From contig OY729428.2 of assembly GCA_963422375.2 (NCBI GenBank), positions 992,001 through 1,056,000 of the forward strand: a DNA stretch of 64,000 nt, read 5' to 3'. The notes below the pieces were generated by a model. The model was not told the origin of the DNA. It saw nothing but the letters and a program-made list of their open reading frames with translations, and searched no databases. The translations under genes and the position numbers were made by a program. The stretch's first letter is position 1, and each line of letters opens with the position of its first letter. The DNA comes from Bryobacterales bacterium (GTDB lineage Bacteria; Acidobacteriota; Terriglobia; Bryobacterales; UBA6623). Shown in pieces: positions 60,455-64,000 of the stretch.

Positions 60455-61678
60455 TTGGATCCGGTTGCACACGCCGCCGCGACGGGGGCGTCGCTCGGCC
60501 GCGAGGAGGTGGCTCGGATCGTCCGGGAGAGCCTCCGCCCGCGATTCGCGGAACTAGGTAGCTGCCGGTCGACCTCCGAACTGATGTCGCTCCCGTCCTT
60601 CCGCGAAGTCCGGCCGCTCGCGGAACGAGTTCTCGGCACGACCGAGGCAGGAAGCTTCCTCGCCTCGCGCGCCCCGTCCAAGCCGTCCTACCGGCTTGTG
60701 GCTTGGAATCTCGAGCGCGGCATCGAGTACGAGGGCCAGCTCGAGGCGCTGCGCGACCACCCCTATCTCGCCTCGGCGGACGTGTATCTGCTGACCGAGA
60801 CCGACGTCGGCATGGCCCGGTCCGGAAACCGCAACATCGCGCGAGATCTCGCACGCAACCTCGGCCTCGAATACGCGTTCGCTCCCTGCTACCTCAACCT
60901 GGCCAAGGGCGCGGGCGTCGAGAACGAGATCGCGGGGGAGAACGATCTCGGCCTCCACGGCAACGCGGTCCTGAGCCGCTTCCCGATTCGGAACCCCCGG
61001 GCGATCGCCCTCGGCAACGGCCGGGACAAGATGCGCGGAAGAGAGAAGCGCATCGGCCAGCAGGTCGCGGCCGCGGCGGAAATCGCCCTGCCGGGGCTTG
61101 ACCTCACCGTCTGCTCGGTCCATCTGGACGCCCAGTCGAGCCAGCGGCACCGCCGCGACCAGATGCGGGCCGTGCTCGACGGGCTTCCCGCGCAGGGCCC
61201 GGCCGTGATCGGCGGGGACTGGAACACCACCACGTTCGACTCCTCCAGCGCCCGCAGCGCCATCGTCGGGTTCTGGGTGCGCGTGCTGCTCGGAGCGCGC
61301 AACACGATCCGCAATCACTTCCTCCGCCCGTACGCCTACTTCGAGCGGGATCTGTTCCGGCTGCTCGAGGAGCGAGAGTTCGACTGGCGGGATGCGAACA
61401 TCCTCGACGAAAGGACTACCTCCTACGACGCCGAGGACGCCAAGACGCACGATAACTTGCGCGAGTGGGTGCCGGAATGGTGCTTCGACTTCATCCGCTG
61501 GGCGCTGCGGGAGTTCGACGGCAAGTGCCCGCTGAAGATCGACTGGTTCGCGATCCGAGGGGCCCGCGCCACTGCGCCGGTCGTGCTGCACGATGTCCGC
61601 GAGGGCCGCGTGCCGCCTCTCTCCGATCACGACGCGATCGGAATCGACGTCGCGCCCCCCGGCGCGGGGACAATATAG
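60455..61678 (+). CDS. Endonuclease/exonuclease/phosphatase family protein
   Basis: AWNLERG, LTETD, GNAVLSR, VHLD, GGDWNT, KIDW, SDH. Confidence 0.9.
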   Translation: MDPVAHAAATGASLGREEVARIVRESLRPRFAELGSCRSTSELMSLPSFREVRPLAERVLGTTEAGSFLASRAPSKPSYRLVAWNLERGIEYEGQLEALRDHPYLASADVYLLTETDVGMARSGNRNIARDLARNLGLEYAFAPCYLNLAKGAGVENEIAGENDLGLHGNAVLSRFPIRNPRAIALGNGRDKMRGREKRIGQQVAAAAEIALPGLDLTVCSVHLDAQSSQRHRRDQMRAVLDGLPAQGPAVIGGDWNTTTFDSSSARSAIVGFWVRVLLGARNTIRNHFLRPYAYFERDLFRLLEEREFDWRDANILDERTTSYDAEDAKTHDNLREWVPEWCFDFIRWALREFDGKCPLKIDWFAIRGARATAPVVLHDVREGRVPPLSDHDAIGIDVAPPGAGTI

Positions 61679-61702
61679 GTTGGGTAGGCTGGAATCGGAT
61701 CG

Positions 61703-62329
61703 ATGCCCGTAGCGGAGGTCAGCGAGGAGGTCAGGCTCGTCCCGGAGCTGCTGGCCCGGGAGGACTACAGGATCATCTCGGATCTGATCAAAGACTCCTC
61801 CCGCGTGCTGGACCTCGGCTGCGGCGACGGCGACCTGCTAGCCTGGCTAGCGCAGCACAAGGATGTCCAGGCGCGCGGTGTCGAGATCTCCCAGGACAGG
61901 GTTCGGCGCTGCGTCGAAAGGGGCCTGTCCGTGTACCAAGGAGACATCAACCAAGGCTTGAGGGACTACCCGGAAGAGTGCTTCGACTACGTGATCCTGA
62001 GCCAGACGCTGCAGGAAGTGCAGCAGCCGCTCGCCGTCCTGCGTGAGATGCGGCGCGTGGGCCGTCGCATCATCGTGGCGTTTCCGAATTTCGGCCACTG
62101 GTCCGTGAGGCTGTCGCTGCTCTGCACCGGCAGGGCCCCCCGCACCAAGCACCTCCCGCACCAGTGGCACACCTCGCCCAACATTCGCGTGCTGACGGTT
62201 CTGGATTTCGAGGACCTGCTGCGACGGGAAGGCCTCCGTAGCGACAAGGTCCACTTCCTGCGCCACGGCCGCAAGATCACGCGCTGGCCGAACGTTCTCG
62301 CTGACTCCGCGGTGTACCTGCTCAGCTAG
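61703..62329 (+). CDS. metW: MetW-type methyltransferase-fold protein
   Basis: VLDLGCGDG, DYVILSQTLQ, FPNFGHW, W..SPNI. Confidence 0.9.
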   Translation: MPVAEVSEEVRLVPELLAREDYRIISDLIKDSSRVLDLGCGDGDLLAWLAQHKDVQARGVEISQDRVRRCVERGLSVYQGDINQGLRDYPEECFDYVILSQTLQEVQQPLAVLREMRRVGRRIIVAFPNFGHWSVRLSLLCTGRAPRTKHLPHQWHTSPNIRVLTVLDFEDLLRREGLRSDKVHFLRHGRKITRWPNVLADSAVYLLS

Positions 62330-62359
62330 CCCGAGCCCCGGCACCGGCCGATTGCTGCC

Positions 62360-63415
62360 CTACGCGCGGAGCGCCCGTCCGACCGATGGCTCCGACCGTC
62401 CCGACGAGCACTGGGCCAGCAGGCCGGCGACCGCGGCCGTCACCGAGGCGAGATCAACCGAGAGAATGCAGCGCGCCTCGTCGAACGCGTAGCACCGGTC
62501 GCCCGGGCATGGCTTGCAGTCCCAAGCGGTTTCCACCACGCGGTGCGGGGTCTTCCAAGGATGCCACGCCCGGGAGTCGGACGAGCCGAAGATCACCGCG
62601 CACGGCACGCCGAACGCAGCCGCCACGTGGGCCGGGCCCGAGTCGTTGCCGACGAAGAGCCGCGCGCCGGCCGCGAGCGACATCAGGCCCGCTAGGGAGA
62701 GACCCGTGCGGACGTCGCAGGCCGGAAGCTGAGACGCGAGCCCCTCCTCCCCGGGCCCGGCCAGGAATACCGGCGGAAGACCGTGGCGCTCGCGGAGCTC
62801 GCGACCCAAGGCCCGGAACCTAGCGACGGGCCACGCCTTGGTGTGAAAGGCCGCTCCCGGGTGCACCAGCGCGTAGGGCCGGACCGCCCCGACCGGCGGC
62901 GCCGCGAGGCGGGCAGGCGGAATCTCCCCCGGACTCGCCCCGAGGTGGATTGCCGCGGCCGCATGGTGCTCGGCGGTATGCACCGTGGCGGCGGCAGCGC
63001 GTCCCAGCACTTCCTGGGCCCGCGGGATGCGCACGTTGTAGGCTCGCGCCCGCCGGAAGTGAGCGAAGCCCGCCCGCCACCGAGCGCCCGAAAGGGCGGT
63101 CAGCCAAGCGGCCGTGGATCCGCCGTGCATGTCCACGCAGACCGAGGGACGGAGGGCTCGCACCGCCCGCAGCAGTCGCGCCTTCGCAGCCAGGCCGCCT
63201 CGGGGCGCGAGCCGCAGCACGCCGTCGATGTCCGGCTGACCATCCAGCACGCCGGCGAAGCGCGCTTCCATAGCGACGTGGATCCGCGCTCTCGGAACGG
63301 CCCTGCGCAAGAGCTCGAAGGCCGGGGTCGCCAGGACCGTGTCCCCGAGCGACCGGAGCCGCACTAGAACGATCGAAGGTTCGGGTCCGGCACGGGCCAG
63401 CACTGATGCGCCCAC
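62360..63415 (-). CDS. Glycosyltransferase family 9 (heptosyltransferase-like)
   Basis: RLRSLGDTVL, HPGA..KAWP, GNDSGPAHVAAA, CKPC. Confidence 0.92.
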   Translation of the reverse strand: MGASVLARAGPEPSIVLVRLRSLGDTVLATPAFELLRRAVPRARIHVAMEARFAGVLDGQPDIDGVLRLAPRGGLAAKARLLRAVRALRPSVCVDMHGGSTAAWLTALSGARWRAGFAHFRRARAYNVRIPRAQEVLGRAAAATVHTAEHHAAAAIHLGASPGEIPPARLAAPPVGAVRPYALVHPGAAFHTKAWPVARFRALGRELRERHGLPPVFLAGPGEEGLASQLPACDVRTGLSLAGLMSLAAGARLFVGNDSGPAHVAAAFGVPCAVIFGSSDSRAWHPWKTPHRVVETAWDCKPCPGDRCYAFDEARCILSVDLASVTAAVAGLLAQCSSGRSEPSVGRALRA

Positions 63416-63424
63416 CTGGCGAAC

Positions 63425-64000
63425 TCAGGTCGCGCGGGCTTCGGCCACCACGTCTAGGAAGGCGCGGGCCGCGCTCTCTATGCGCCCGAAGTCCCGGCGG
63501 TCCAGCCAGCTCTTGCTAACAAGGACCGAACCGACCGCGACCGCGCTTGCGCCCGCCCGGAAGAATGACGCCGCGTTCTCGCCATCCACGCCGCCAGTCG
63601 GCACCAGCAGGACTTGGGGCAGGGGCGCCTTGACGGCCTTGATATAGCTGGCCCCTCCCATCGCGCCCACGGGGAACACCTTGACCATGGTCGCTCCCGC
63701 GTTCCAGGCCGCGAGGATCTCGGTCGGCGTGAGAGCGCCCGGTATCACGCACTTCGAGTATCGGTTGCAGATCTCGATCGTCCCGATGTCGAGCGACGGC
63801 GTGACGAAGAATTCCGCGCCGGCCAGCATGCACTCGCGTGCCGTGATCGCGTCGAGGACCGTGCCTGCTCCGAGAACGAGACTATCTCCGAAGCGCTCGC
63901 GGGCCGTCTCGAGCGTCCGCAGCGCGCCCGGCACCGTCATGGTGACTTCGACAATCGGAATGCCGGCATCGCGGATCGCCTGGATCGCGCGTAGCGCGTC
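63425..64000 (-). CDS. eda: KDPG/KHG aldolase, 5' end outside window
   Basis: VEVTMTVP, GAGTVLD, PGALTPTE, VKVFP, PTGGV. Confidence 0.92.
   Translation of the reverse strand, partial: DALRAIQAIRDAGIPIVEVTMTVPGALRTLETARERFGDSLVLGAGTVLDAITARECMLAGAEFFVTPSLDIGTIEICNRYSKCVIPGALTPTEILAAWNAGATMVKVFPVGAMGGASYIKAVKAPLPQVLLVPTGGVDGENAASFFRAGASAVAVGSVLVSKSWLDRRDFGRIESAARAFLDVVAEARAT

Noticed and set aside
1..64000. CRISPR array, tRNA, rRNA, riboswitch
   Set aside because: No regularly spaced repeats or recognisable RNA signatures seen by eye. A covariance-model search was not possible.

Overview
GC-rich bacterial DNA. The gene content (CarboxypepD-type TonB receptor, CRTAC1, three PSD1/planctomycete-cytochrome genes, DUF1501) suggests Acidobacteriota; this is an inference. 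All family calls come from motifs recognised by eye; no searches were run. The window contains: (i) a co-oriented sugar/sugar-acid catabolic cluster (TIM-barrel isomerase, atypical enolase-family dehydratase, SDR, DHDPS-family enzyme, Tat-exported GH38-like hydrolase, SSS transporter) followed by an orphan DarG; (ii) a decayed defence island (MNT-HEPN, Fic, type ISP remnant) bracketed by two diverged copies of the 3' end of a dimethylformamidase-like gene, plus an IS1595 nested inside an IS630; (iii) a reduced alternative-complex-III-like operon running into a PSD1-DUF1501 pair; (iv) a second mobile/defence patch (AAA-PD-(D/E)XK, IS66 remnant, DUF4338 remnant carrying a MITE, DUF4268-like gene split by ISAzo13); (v) PSD1-DUF1501-PD40-peroxidase and TonB/heptaheme/TPR/CRTAC1 clusters; (vi) housekeeping genes rsmE, metW, GT9 and eda. 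I saw no rRNA, tRNA or CRISPR array.
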